From Squalus acanthias (lineage: Eukaryota), in the NCBI GenBank assembly GCA_030390025.1, contig CM059432.1, positions 99,574,001 through 99,638,000 on the forward strand: a stretch of DNA of 64,000 bases, given 5' to 3'. The notes beneath the pieces were generated by a model. That model was not told where the DNA came from. It did not search any database and saw nothing but the letters and a program-made list of their open reading frames with translations. The translations under genes and the position numbers were made by a program. Below are positions 13,291 to 24,983 of the stretch, piece after piece (the first letter of the stretch is position 1; each line of letters begins with the position of its first letter).

Positions 13291-14032
13291 GGCCCAAAAA
13301 TTCGTGAGGAAGCCTTCGTGCGAGGGTAAGGCCTCCCCGCGATCTCTCACTCCGCGTTGGCTTTTTCAGTTCCAGCTCGCACGAACTTGATGTTCTGGAC
13401 AGCTGCTGTGCTGGGCTTGCGTATCCCACCGGCGTAGTTAATTCGTGCGAGCTGTGGGATCACGTGACTCAGTTAGAGCCAATGGCAGCACACCATCTTC
13501 CATTCATAACTTTCACATAAGTGCTGTGAAAGTTATGAATACTATAGCCCCCCAAAAGAACCGCTAAACCTCAATTAAATTTAAAAAAAACCATCACATT
13601 AATAAAATAAGTATAGTTAAATAAATTAACCATTTTAAATAAAAAATTAAATTTTTGAAAATTTTTAAAATCTTTTAAAAAGTTATAAAAATAAACTTAC
13701 CTGTCTTTAAAGTCTCTAAAAAAGATATACCTGTTAAAAAAAATTCAAAATAATACTTAATTCACTACTTACCTTGTTAAAAGTGGGTCTTACTCCTCCT
13801 TTTTTTATGTGTAGAATCTTCCGTACTTACCTGCGCGTTGAAACCACTAAGTGCACAGCGTGCGCGCAGCCTGTAGCGCGCACGCGGTTCACCTAGGACC
13901 CGCCCCCTTTTCCATTCACCAAGTGCCGGTTTTCAGCGTATGCGCAGTGCATGCAGAAAACCGGCAATTGGAGACAGAATACGCGAGAGTACGCAGTGCG
14001 TACTCTCGCGTAGCGGCACTAATTTTTGGGCC
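13291..14032. mobile_element. Harbinger-type MITE, hairpin-rich
   Basis: Perfect 12-bp TIR GGCCCAAAAATT and TSD ATT. It splits a CR1 (GGAGCAATAT-ATT-AGCTTGAATTG). Confidence 0.9.
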
Positions 14033-14747
14033 ATTAGCTTGAATTGAGGATTGGTTAATGGACAGAAAACAGAGAGTAGGAATAAATGGGTCATTTTCGG
14101 GTTGGTAGGTTGTAACTAGTGGGGTGTCACAAGGATCAGTGCTTGGGCCTCAGCTATTTACAATCTATATCAATGACTTAGATGAGGGGACCGAGTGAAA
14201 TGTATCTAAGTTTGCTGATGATACAAAGCTAGGTGGGAGAGTAAGTTGTAAGGAGGATCCAAGGAGGCTGCAAAGGGATATAAACTGGTTAGGTGAGTGG
14301 GCAAGAAAGTGGCAGATGGAACATAATGTGGGGAAATGTGAAATTATCCGCTTTGGTAGGAAGAATAGAAAAGCAGAATATTTTTTTAAAAGATGAGAAA
14401 CTAGGAAATGTTGGTGTGCAGAGGGATTTGGGTGTCCTTGTACACGAATCACAGAAAGTTAACATACAGCAAGCAATTAGGAAGGCAAATGGTATGTTAA
14501 CTGTTACCACAAGGGGGTTGGAGTATAACAATAAGTAAGTCTTGCTGCAAAAATATAGGGCTTTGGTGAGACCACACCTGGAGTACTGTGTACATTTTTG
14601 GTCTCCTTTCCTAAGGAAGGATATACTTGCCTTAGAATGGGTGCCACAAAGGTTCACTAGATTGATTCCTGGGATGAGAGGGTTGTCCTGTAAGGAGAGA
14701 TTGAGTAGAATGGGCCTATATTCTCTGGCGTTTAGAAGAATGAGAGG

Positions 14748-15245
14748 GAGTGCAGCGAAGATTTACCAGACTGATACCTGGGATGGCAGGAATGACGTAT
14801 GAAGAGAGATTGGGTCGATTAGGCTTATATTCACTAGAGTTTAGAAGAATGAGAGGGGATCTCATTGAAACTTATAAAATTCTAACAGGACTAGACAGAC
14901 TAGATGCAGGAAGGATGTTCCCAATGGCGGAGGAGTCCAGAACCAGAGGTCACAGTCTAAGGATAAGGGGTAAGCCATTTAGGACTGAGATGAGGAGGAA
15001 TTTCTTCACCCAGAGAGTGGTGAACCTGTGGAATTCTCTACCACAGAAGGCAGTTGAGGCCAATTCATTAAATATATTCAAGAAGGAGTTAGATATATTT
15101 TTTAAGGCTAAAGGGATCAAGGGATATGAGGAGAAAGCAGGGACAGGGTACTGAATTTGGATGATCAGCCATGATCTCATTAAATGGTGGAGCAGGCTCG
15201 AGGGGCCGAATGGCCTACTCCTGCTCCTATCTTCTATGCTTCTAT
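14748..15245 (+). mobile_element. Younger CR1 3' fragment inserted in an older CR1
   Basis: Open C-terminal ORF 14750-15154 ending KAGTGY, with its own 3' UTR and tail. The outer element rejoins as GAATGAGAGG|TGATCTCATTG (RMRGDLI). Confidence 0.88.
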
Positions 15246-15693
15246 GATCTCATTGACAGGTATAAAATTCTTAAAGGGCTTGACAGGGTATATGCTGAGA
15301 GGCTGTTTCCACTGGCTGGAGAGTCTAGAACTAGACGTCAGAAGGTTTTGAATCTTTGGAATTCTCTACCCCAGAGGGCTGTGGATGCTCAGTCGTTGAG
15401 TATATTCAAGTTTGAGATCGATGGATTTTTGGACACTAAAGGAACCAAGGGATATTGATCTATTGCGCGAAAATTGAGTTGAGGTAGAAAGTCAAAGATC
15501 AGCCACGATCTTATTGAATGGTGGAGTAGACTCGAGGGGCTGTATGGCCTACTCCTGCTCCTAATTCTAATATTCTTATGTTGGTTCACAATTGACCTCA
15601 TTTGAAGTTCTCCTTCTGAAAGCATTGCCACATCAGGGTATTGAGTACCTGCAACTAGGGGTTTATTGTTGTGATCTTTAGTCATACCAATTG

Positions 15694-16168
15694 TCAGCCA
15701 GTGGCTCAGTTGGTAGGACTTTTGCCTCTGAGTCAGAAGGTTGTGGGTTCATAGTCCCACTCCAGAGACTTGAGCACAAAAATCTAGGCTGACACTCCAG
15801 TGCAGTACTGAGGAAATGCTGTACTGTTGGAGGTGCCGTCTTCCAGATGAAGCTTTAAACCAAGGCCCCGTCTACTCTCTCAGGTGGATGTGCAAGATCC
15901 CATGGCACTATTTCGAAGATGAGCAGGGGAGTTATTCCCGGTGTCCTGGTCAATATTTATCCCTCAATCAACATCACTAAAAAAGATTATCTGGTCATTA
16001 TCACATTGCTGTTTGTGGGAGCTTGCTATATGCAAATTGGTTGCCACATTTCCTACATTACAACAGTGACTACACTGAAAAAAAAACTACTTCATTGTCT
16101 GTAAAGCGCTTTGGGACGTCCAGTGGTTGTGAAAGGCGCTATATAAACGCAAGTTTTTCTTCTTTCTT
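15694..16168 (+). mobile_element. tRNA-derived SINE (SacSINE1/DeuSINE-like)
   Basis: A box TGGCTCAGTTGG at 15702-15713 and B-box-like GGTTCATAGTCC at 15746-15757. 3' end GAAAGGCGCTATATAAA plus TCTT tail. Further copies at 36519, 43362 and 51710. Family name is from recall. Confidence 0.85.
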
Positions 16169-17705
16169 TACTATCAATTGATTAAGTAATGTACAGTAAA
16201 GGTGCTCTCCAGATCAAAGGGGACAAAAGATCCGTTCATGGGATTGACTAATGATTCGGGACCCAAGAAAGTATCTGCTATAGACAGTTACATTCAGGAA
16301 AACGTTTATTTCTTTCAAAAAAAGATCATAGGCCTAAAGTTTGAGTCTGCACTAATGGCTGAGTTCCTCGTGTAAGTGCGTATCAGAAAATGACATAGTT
16401 GCCCGTGTGTTTCTAATACATGTTGCTGGCAGAGGAGGCATTTTTCCACCAGTGGTCACATAGACAGAATTTTAATTTTAACTCACAAAATAACACTATC
16501 CTGATTGATCCACAAACACACTCTTGGAAAAATGTGCTCATTGCATCACATGATATTAAGACTTGGATCAATCCACAGTCACAGTGCACCAAAAATGTTT
16601 ATCAACTAAATGAAAATAATGTAAAAATGTAAAATGTGTGCTATACATATATAATACACATCAGGATCTAACGGTTTCTGGAAAACAAGCCTTTCATGTT
16701 GCTGCTGCAAAAATTCCCTTCTTGCTGGAAGGCGTACATACGCAGATGTTTGCCAAAGGATTGAGCTCAGTGGTAATGTTCCCTATGTTATAAGTCAGCT
16801 AGTTCCGATTGTCAGGGCTCATATATGGAGAATTATCACATGAAGTAGCTGAGCCCTGCTAATGCCATTGGAACTAAATCCCAATGCTGCATACAGGAGA
16901 GAAGAGAAATGATTAAAAACAAAATAACTACCCCTGACATGTTTGCATCTTTTAAAAAGTTCATACCTAGTCAAGGAAATGGGATTTGTTAGAAAACTGT
17001 TGGTAATCAACCCCAGATGAATGGGATGACAGCCCTTCTGACAGATATATAACCCAGAGAACTATTTTGGGTACTCTCAATTCAGTTCCACCTCACAAAG
17101 CTGGCCATTATTTAGTATTAGATGTCACCAATTGGGCAGTCTCGCTCAGATAAGGATGCTGGTGTGGGAAAAGGAAAACATCATACTGATGAAGTAGGGG
17201 ACATTCTTCTGAGGTTGGACTAACAGTATAATGCTGAGGCAAAGCAGAAGCTTCATTTTGCATTCAAATGTATTAGATCTGAGCTGACACCCATGCTGTG
17301 CCTGGCCTGAAAGTGCTTTCTATTGACCCTGGGCCAAAAAAGTGGAGAATCTAACATTCCCCAGCACGGACATCCTGCTCCTTGATGTGGAAAGTCTGAA
17401 GGGGGGGAAAAAAGGCTCAGAGCACAGCACAAAATGCTGAACACAGCAAAAATCCCCCCTAAAAATATTACTCCAAATTCTGAAGCAAAATCACAGCATG
17501 TTAAAGATTGACAGATGTATCTCTTTAAATTCACTTCCGTCAGTCATATAGTCGCCCAGCAATGCTGAACTCCTATTCTTTGTAATGGGTGAGCCAGAGG
17601 ATGAAACATTAGGAAAATCCTATATTTGATGTCAGAGCAGCATTTCAATTTACATATGGGTGCCAGTATTCGCACAGCTGTTTCCAGCAGAAAATTGTTG
17701 CTGAC

Positions 17706-17842
17706 TGTAATGTATTATCGCATGGTTTATCACATGGTTTGGTATGAGCATGCTCAGTTCGCTCTGACCTAATAAAGCAAGCACATGGACTAGCAACTCA
17801 TTGTGTCTCTGTCCTTCATTTGTTCTACTCACATATATTACA
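17706..17842 (+). repeat. 5' LTR (137 bp)
   Basis: TGTAAT...ATTACA inverted termini, internal AATAAA, direct repeat of 34160-34308. Confidence 0.92.
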
Positions 17843-17845
17843 TTT

Positions 17846-17856
17846 TGGCGATGAGG
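17846..17856 (+). promoter_or_regulatory. Primer-binding site, probably tRNA-Ser
   Basis: TGGCGATGAGG lies 3 nt after the LTR and is one transition from TGGCGACGAGG, the complement of the tRNA-Ser(GCT) 3' end. Confidence 0.75.
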
Positions 17857-20687
17857 AGGGCTCCCAAAGCTATTTTTAGAGATCATGGAAGGACACAATG
17901 TTCAACCTTCGAGTGGGCATGTTTAAGGTGAAATTGTGATGCCTAATCTGAATTTTTGCGATGTTTCACTGTTAATGCTCATGGAGAATCGTCTGTGATT
18001 CGCCTTCGCTTGTATGTATAAGAACATAAGAAATAGGAGCAGGAGTAGGCCATTTGGCCCTTCGAGCCTGCTGTACCATTCAATAAGATCATGGCTGATC
18101 TTCTACCTCATCTTCACTTTCCTGCACTATCCCCATATCCCTTGATTCTCTTAATATTCAAAAATCTTTTGATCTCTGTCTTGAATATACTCAACGACTG
18201 AGCCTCCACAGCCCTCTGGGGTAGAGAATTCCAAAGATTCACCACCCTCTGAGTGGAAAAAATGTCTCCTCATCTCAGTCCTAAATGGCCGGCCCCTTAT
18301 TCTGAGACTGTGACCCCTGGTTCTAAACTCCCCAGCCAGGGGAAACATCCTCCCTGCATCTACCCTGACAAGCCCGGTATAAATTTTGTTTATTTCAATG
18401 AGATCACCTCTCATTCTTCTAAACTCTAGAGAATATAGGCTTAATCTACTCAATCTCTCCTCATAGGACAATCCCCCATCCCAGGAACCAGTCTGGTGAA
18501 CCTTCGTTGCACACCCTCTAAGGCAAGTATATCTTTCCTTAGGTAAGGAGACCAAAACTGCACACAATACGCCAGATGTGGTCTCACCAGGGCCCTATAT
18601 AATTGCAGTAAGACGTCTTTAATCTTATACTCAAATCCTCTTCTAATAAAGGCCAACATACCATTTGCTTTCCTAATTGCTTGCTGTACCTGCATGTTAA
18701 CTTTCAGTGATTCGTGTACAAGGACACCCAGGTCCCTCTGAACACCAACATTTCCCAATCTCTCACCATTTAAAAGATACTCTGCTTTTCTATTTTTCCT
18801 ATCAAAGTGGATAACGTCACATTTCTCCACATTATATTCCATTTGCCATGTTCTTGCCCACTCACTTAGCCTGTCTATATCCCCTTGAAGCCTCCTTGCA
18901 TCCACCTCACAATTTACATTCCCACCCAGCTTTGTATCATCAGCAAACTTGGATATTACATTTCATCCCCTCATCCAAATCATTGATGTAGATTGTGAAT
19001 AGTTGAGGCCCAAGCACTGATCCTTGCAGTACCCCACTAGTTACAGCCTGCCAACCCGAAAATGACCCATCTGTTCCTACTCTCTGTTTTCTGTCCGTTA
19101 ACCAATCCTCAATCTATGCTAATATATTAGCCCTAATTTTGTTTAATAACCTCTTGTGTGGCACCTTATTGAAAGCCTTCTGAAAATCTAAGTACACCAC
19201 ATCCACTGGTTCCCCCCTTATCTATTCTGCTAGTTACAACCTCAAAACACTCAAACAGATTCATCAAACACGATTTCTCTTTCATAAATCCATGTTGACT
19301 CTGCCCAATCCTATTATTATTTTCTAAGTGCCCTGTTACCACATCCTTAATAATAGATTCTAGCATTTTCCCTACTCTTGATGTCAGGATAACTGGTCTG
19401 TAGTTCCCCGTTTTCTCTCCCTCCTTTCTTAAATAGTGGGGTTACATTTGCTACCTTCCAATCTGCGGGAACCGTTCCAGAATCTATGGAATTTTGGAAA
19501 ATGACAACCAATGCATCCACTATCTCTGTAGCCATCTCTTTCAAAACCCTATGATGCAGGCCATCAGGCCCAGGGAATTTATTGACTTTCAGTCCGATTA
19601 ATTTCTCCAGGTTTTTTTTTACTAATACTAATTTCTTTCAGTTCTTCATTCTCGCTAGAGCCTTGGTTCTCCATTATTTCCAGGAATTTTTTTGCATCTT
19701 CTTCCATGAAGACAGACTCAATGGGCTGGATTTTCTCAATGAGAAGCTTTTGGAGGTGGGACTGCTGCTTGCCAGCTCTCAATCCTGCCTCCATCAGCTT
19801 CTGGCCAACCAGCAAGATTTTCCCCTGATTGACCTTGTTAAGCCCGCCCAACGGGCTCAGCAGGCCAATTAGGGGGAAGTCACTGACAGAGCATGTCAAC
19901 ATCTGACGTGCCATAGAACATAGAACATAGAACAGTACAGCACAGTACAGGCCCTTCAGCCCTCGATGTTGTGCCGAGCATTGTCCGAGACCAAGATCAA
20001 GCTATCACACTCCCTATCACTCTGGTGTGCTCCATGTGCTTATCCAATAACCGCTTGAAAGTTCCTAAAGTGTCCGACTCCACTATCACAGCAGGCAGTC
20101 CATTCCACACCCCAACCACTCTCTGAGTAAAGAATCTACCTCGGACATCCCTTCTATATCTCCCCCCATGCACCTTATAGTTATGCCCCCTTGTAACAGC
20201 TGCCTCTACCCGAGGAAATAGTCTCTGAACATCCACTCTATCTATCCCCCTCATCATCTTATAAACCTCTATTAAGTCGCCTCTCATCCTCCTCCTCTCT
20301 AAAGAGAAAAGCCTCAACTCCCTCAATCTTTCCTCATAAGACCTCCCCCCCAAACCAGGCAGCATCCTGGTAAATCTCCTTTGCACCCTTTCCAATGCTT
20401 CCACGTCCTTCCTATAGTGAGGTGACCAGAACTGCACACAATATTCCAAATGTGGTCTCACCAAGGTCCTGTACAGTTGCAGCATAACCTCACGGTTCTT
20501 AAACTCAAACCCTCTGTTAATAAACGCCAACACACCATAGGCCTTCTTTACTGCTCTATCCACTTGAGTGGCAACCTTCAGAGATCTGTGGATATACATA
20601 GATACATAGAAGATAGGAGCAGGAGTAGGCCATCCGGCCCTTCGAGCCTGCTCCGCCATTTAATGAGATCATGGCTGATCCTTCAAT

Positions 20688-23639
20688 TCAGTATCCCGTC
20701 CCCGCCTTCTCTCCGTAACCCTTAACCCCTTTTGCCTGTAGAAATATATCTAATTCCCTCTTAAATATATTTAATGAGCTGGCGTACACTGCCCTCTGTG
20801 GCAATGAGTTCCACAGGTTCACCACTCTCTGAGTGAAGAAATTCCCCCTCATTTCTGTCCTAAATGGTTTAGCCCTTATCCTTAAATTATGTCCTCTAGT
20901 TCTGTTCTCACCCGCCAAGGGAAACATTCCTTCTGCATCTAATCTGTCTAGACCTGTCAGAATTTTATACACTTCTATGAGGTCCCCTCTCAATCTTCTA
21001 AACTCCAGTGTGTACATCCCTAAACTACATAGTCTCTCCTCATAGGTCAATCCCGCCATTCCTGGTATCAGCCTGGTGAATCGCCGCTGCACCCCCTCCA
21101 TGGCAAGAACATCTTTCCTCAGATGAGGCGACCAAAACTGTACACAGTACTCGAGGTGTGGTCTCACCAGTGCCCTGTACAGCTGCAGCAAGGTATCCCT
21201 GTTCCTGTATTCCAACCCTTTTGCTATGAAGGCCAGCATACCGTTTGCCTTCTTGACCGCCTGTTGCACCTGCATGCTCGCCTTCAGTGACTGGTGTACA
21301 AGAACACCCAGGTCTCTCTGTACTTCCCCCTCTCCCAATTTATTGCCATTTAAATAATAATTTGCCCTCCCGTTCCTGCACCCAAGGTGGATAACTTCGC
21401 ACTTGTCCACATTATAGTGCATCTGCCATTTATCCGCCCAATCACCCAGTCTGTCCAAATCGCTCTGGAGCTTCCTGGTCTCCTCCTCTGAGCCCACCCC
21501 CCCTCCTAGTTTAGTGTCGTCTGCAAATTTGGAAATGCTGCATTCGACTCCCTGATCCAGGTCATTAATATAAATTGTGAACAGCTGGGGACCCAGGACA
21601 GATCCCTGTGGTACCCCACTTGTTACTGCCTGCCATTCAGAAAATGAGCCGTTTATTCCAACTCTCTGTTTTCTATCTGACAGCCAGTTCTCTATCCACG
21701 TCAATACTTTCCCCTTTATCCCATGAGCTTCAATTTTCCATGCTAATCTTTTATGTGGGACCTTATCGAAGGCCTTTTGGAAGTCCAGGTACACCACATC
21801 TACTGGCTCTCCCCCATCTATTTTACCAGTTACTCCCTCAAAAAATTCCAATAGATTAGTCAAGCACGATTTACCCTTTGTAAATCCATGTTGACTCTGT
21901 CCTATCCTGTCCCCATTTGCTAAGTGCTCGGCTATTTCATCCTTAATGATGGACTCCAGCATTTTGCCCACAACTGATGTAAGGCTTACAGGTCTGTAAT
22001 TACCTGCTTTTTCCCTACCCCCCTTTTTGAATAGTGGGGTAACGTTAGCTACCCTCCAATCCATGGGCACTGTTCCCGAGTCTAATGAATTCTGAAAAAT
22101 CATGCTTAGTGCATCCGCTATCTCTAGGGCCACCTCCTTCAGTACCCTAGGATGCATGTTATCAGGCCCTGGGGATTTGTCCGCCTTCAATCCCTTTAGC
22201 TTCCTTAACACCATATCCTTAGAGATATTGATTTGCGTCAGTTCCTCCTTTGCCAATGTCCCTATTTTTCCCGATATCCCAGGGAGGTTTTTTGTGTCTT
22301 CCTTCGTAAAGACTGACCCAAAGTATGCATTTAGTTGGTCTGCCATTTCCTTATTTCCCATTATATATTCCCCCGTATCTGACTGCAATGGACCAACTTT
22401 GGTTTTCACCAGTCTTTTCCTCTTGATATACTTATAAAAGCTTTTGGAGTTAGTTTTTATATTTTCCGCCAGCTTGCTTTCGTAAGCTATTTTGCCCTTC
22501 TTGATTAAGCCCTTTGCCCTCCTTTGCTCTATCTTAAACTGTTCCCAATCTTCCGCTCTGGCGCGTTTTTTGGCTATTTTATACGCCCTATCTTTGGATT
22601 TTATGCTGTCTCTAATTTCCCCTGTTATCCACGGTTGAGTCACCTTTTTAGATTTCCTTTTATGCCAGATTGGTATAAACAATTTTTGCAATTTTGTCAT
22701 TCTATCTTTAAATGCTTGCCATTGTTTATCTACCTCCAGTCCTCCCAGGAACGTTGTCCAATCAGACCTACTCAGTTCCCGTCTAATGGCATCATAATTC
22801 CCCTTGTTTAAATTCAGGACCTGAGTCTCTGAGTCAATTTCTTCGCTCTCCATTTCGAGTGAGAAATCGATCATGTTATGATCGCTCTGACCCAAGGGTC
22901 CCCGTACAACAAGATTACTAATTAGTCCCTTCTCATTGCACAGTACCCAGTCCAATATAGCCTGTTCCCGAGTTGGTTCCTCGACATATTGATCCAGATA
23001 ACCATCCCTTAAACACTCAAGGAATTCCTCCTCCTCATTATTTTTACTGATTAGGCTAGTCCAATCTATATGTAAGTTAAAGTCACCTATGATGACAGCT
23101 GTGCTCTTATTGCACGCTTCTCTAATTTCCCTCGTGATGCCCTCCCCAACCTCTATTTTACTATTTGGAGGCCTATATACCACTCCTATTAATGTTTTTC
23201 GCCCCTCGCTATTTCTTAGCTCCACCCATATAGATTCTGTATTAACTGAGTTAATATCCTTCCTTTCAATTGCATTTATCCCCTCTTTTACCAGCAATGC
23301 TACCCCTCCTCCCTTTCTTTTTTGTCGATCCTTCCTAAATACTGAATACCCCTGTATGTTAAGCTCCCAGCCCTGCTCACCCTGCAACCATGTTTCCGTA
23401 ATCCCAATTAGATCATAATTATTAACCTCTATTTCCACAGCTAATTCATCTACCTTGTTCCTGATGCTTCTCGCATTAAGGTATAAAACCCTCAGGCTTT
23501 TTTTATGCTCACATTTTTTATGAATTAGTTTGGCCCTTTGTTTTTTGTTCCTCTCCTTTTTACCATTTATTTCTGTCTGCCTTTCACTTTCCTCTATTTC
23601 ACTACATGGGTTTCTAGCCCCCTGCCATACTAGTTTAAA
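20688..23639 (-). CDS. CR1 ORF2: APE-type endonuclease plus reverse transcriptase, with no initiating AUG
   Basis: Motifs LYLNARS, ITETW, GDFN, SDH, PQGSVLGP and FADD. The frame stays open 67 codons upstream of the track start (23438), back to the ORF1 end. Confidence 0.95.
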   Translation of the reverse strand, partial: FKLVWQGARNPCSEIEESERQTEINGKKERNKKQRAKLIHKKCEHKKSLRVLYLNARSIRNKVDELAVEIEVNNYDLIGITETWLQGEQGWELNIQGYSVFRKDRQKRKGGGVALLVKEGINAIERKDINSVNTESIWVELRNSEGRKTLIGVVYRPPNSKIEVGEGITREIREACNKSTAVIIGDFNLHIDWTSLISKNNEEEEFLECLRDGYLDQYVEEPTREQAILDWVLCNEKGLISNLVVRGPLGQSDHNMIDFSLEMESEEIDSETQVLNLNKGNYDAIRRELSRSDWTTFLGGLEVDKQWQAFKDRMTKLQKLFIPIWHKRKSKKVTQPWITGEIRDSIKSKDRAYKIAKKRARAEDWEQFKIEQRRAKGLIKKGKIAYESKLAENIKTNSKSFYKYIKRKRLVKTKVGPLQSDTGEYIMGNKEMADQLNAYFGSVFTKEDTKNLPGISGKIGTLAKEELTQINISKDMVLRKLKGLKADKSPGPDNMHPRVLKEVALEIADALSMIFQNSLDSGTVPMDWRVANVTPLFKKGGREKAGNYRPVSLTSVVGKMLESIIKDEIAEHLANGDRIGQSQHGFTKGKSCLTNLLEFFEGVTGKIDGGEPVDVVYLDFQKAFDKVPHKRLAWKIEAHGIKGKVLTWIENWLSDRKQRVGINGSFSEWQAVTSGVPQGSVLGPQLFTIYINDLDQGVECSISKFADDTKLGGGVGSEEETRKLQSDLDRLGDWADKWQMHYNVDKCEVIHLGCRNGRANYYLNGNKLGEGEVQRDLGVLVHQSLKASMQVQQAVKKANGMLAFIAKGLEYRNRDTLLQLYRALVRPHLEYCVQFWSPHLRKDVLAMEGVQRRFTRLIPGMAGLTYEERLCSLGMYTLEFRRLRGDLIEVYKILTGLDRLDAEGMFPLAGENRTRGHNLRIRAKPFRTEMRGNFFTQRVVNLWNSLPQRAVYASSLNIFKRELDIFLQAKGVKGYGEKAGTGY

Positions 23640-24577
23640 TGCTCCCGAACTGCTTTATCAAAATTTACCCCGAGAACCTCAGTTCCATCTTTGCACAGGT
23701 GTAGACCGTCCCTTTTGTATAGGTCACACCTACCACAAAACTGGTCCCAATGCCTCAAAAATTTAAAACCCTCCCTCTTACACCACTGCTCAAGCCACGT
23801 ATTTAGCCTAACTATCCTGTTCTCTGTACTCTTACTAGCACGTGGCACTGGTAGTAATCCAGAGATTACTACCTTCGAGGTCCTACTTTTTAGCTTGGCT
23901 CCTAACTCCCTAAATTCTACTTGTAGGACCTCTTCCCTTTTTTTAGCTACGTCGTTGGTACCAACATGTATCACGACAACTGGCTGTTCCCCCTCCCCCT
24001 CCAGAATGTTCTGCACCCGCGCCGAGACATCCTTGACCCTTGCACCAGGGAGGCAAATTACCATCCTGGAGTCTCGGTCGCGACCACAGAAACTCCTATC
24101 TATTCCCCTTACAATCAAATCCCCTATTACTATAGCCCTGCCACTCTTTTTCCCTCCCTTCTTTGCAACAGAGCCAGTCATGGTGCCATGAGCCTGGCTG
24201 CTGGTGCCTTCCCCCGATGAGTCATCCCCCCCGACAACAGCACCTAAGGCGGTGAACCTGTTGCTGAGGGAGACAACCCCAGGGGATTCCTGCACTACCT
24301 TCCTGCCCTTGCTCTGCCTTTTGGTCACCCATGTACTATCTACTCTGGCCTTAACCTGCGGTGTGACCAACTCACTAAATGTGCTATTCACAACCCTCTC
24401 AGAATCGTGGATGCTCCAAAGTGAGTCCATCCGCAGCTCAAGGGCCGTCATGCGGTCCCACATGAGCTGCAGCTGGACACACTTCCCGCACACATGGTTG
24501 TCAGGGACACAGGAAGCGTCCATGATTTCCCACATGTTACAGGAGGAGCATGACACAGGTCCGAGCTCTACTGCCAT
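23630..24577 (-). CDS. CR1 ORF1: zinc finger, coiled coil and SGNH/GDSL esterase-like domain (315 aa)
   Basis: CSSC...HVCGKC, then the esterase blocks IGDLIVRG, CLPGA, HVGTND and DGLHL. Confidence 0.95.
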   Translation of the reverse strand: MAVELGPVSCSSCNMWEIMDASCVPDNHVCGKCVQLQLMWDRMTALELRMDSLWSIHDSERVVNSTFSELVTPQVKARVDSTWVTKRQSKGRKVVQESPGVVSLSNRFTALGAVVGGDDSSGEGTSSQAHGTMTGSVAKKGGKKSGRAIVIGDLIVRGIDRSFCGRDRDSRMVICLPGARVKDVSARVQNILEGEGEQPVVVIHVGTNDVAKKREEVLQVEFRELGAKLKSRTSKVVISGLLPVPRASKSTENRIVRLNTWLEQWCKREGFKFLRHWDQFCGRCDLYKRDGLHLCKDGTEVLGVNFDKAVREHLN

Positions 24578-24983
24578 GACTTAACCCTTATATTACTTAT
24601 TAATTTTCTAGTTTTAGTTTATTTATTGACTTTTGTTTTCCCGAAGCTTACTTAGACCAATGTATACTGTACTCCTCTTATTCCTTTTTAAACTAACCAA
24701 ATCGCACTAGTTTTAGTTGTACTTTCTAGGAAGGTTTGAGGAAAGTACTTACCAGTTAGTCTTACCTCCCTGGTCTTTCGCTGACTTCCCGGTCTTGTGT
24801 CCCCTTGGTCCTACGCCGACTTCCCGCTCCTCCCGGTTCCTGCTCTGCTGAAAAGAAACTGAGACCAAAAAATTTGTGACCTCTGTTTTTAGACTGCTAA
24901 AAGACTACTAGGTTAGAGGAGGAGGGCGGGTGGGGGTTCCTACTCTGTAGGAACTCGGGTTTAAGCCACCACCCTCCTTAAAT

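Larger units (their letters stand above)
13183..15580 (+). mobile_element. Decayed CR1 RT-to-3' end fragment, interrupted by a MITE (13291-14032) and a younger CR1 (14748-15245)
   Basis: [13 protein letters not shown] and [10 protein letters not shown] motifs. The sequence rejoins across both inserts. Confidence 0.9.

Noticed and set aside
15700..15765. tRNA gene
   Set aside because: The A/B boxes are the head of a multi-copy SINE. No convincing cloverleaf.
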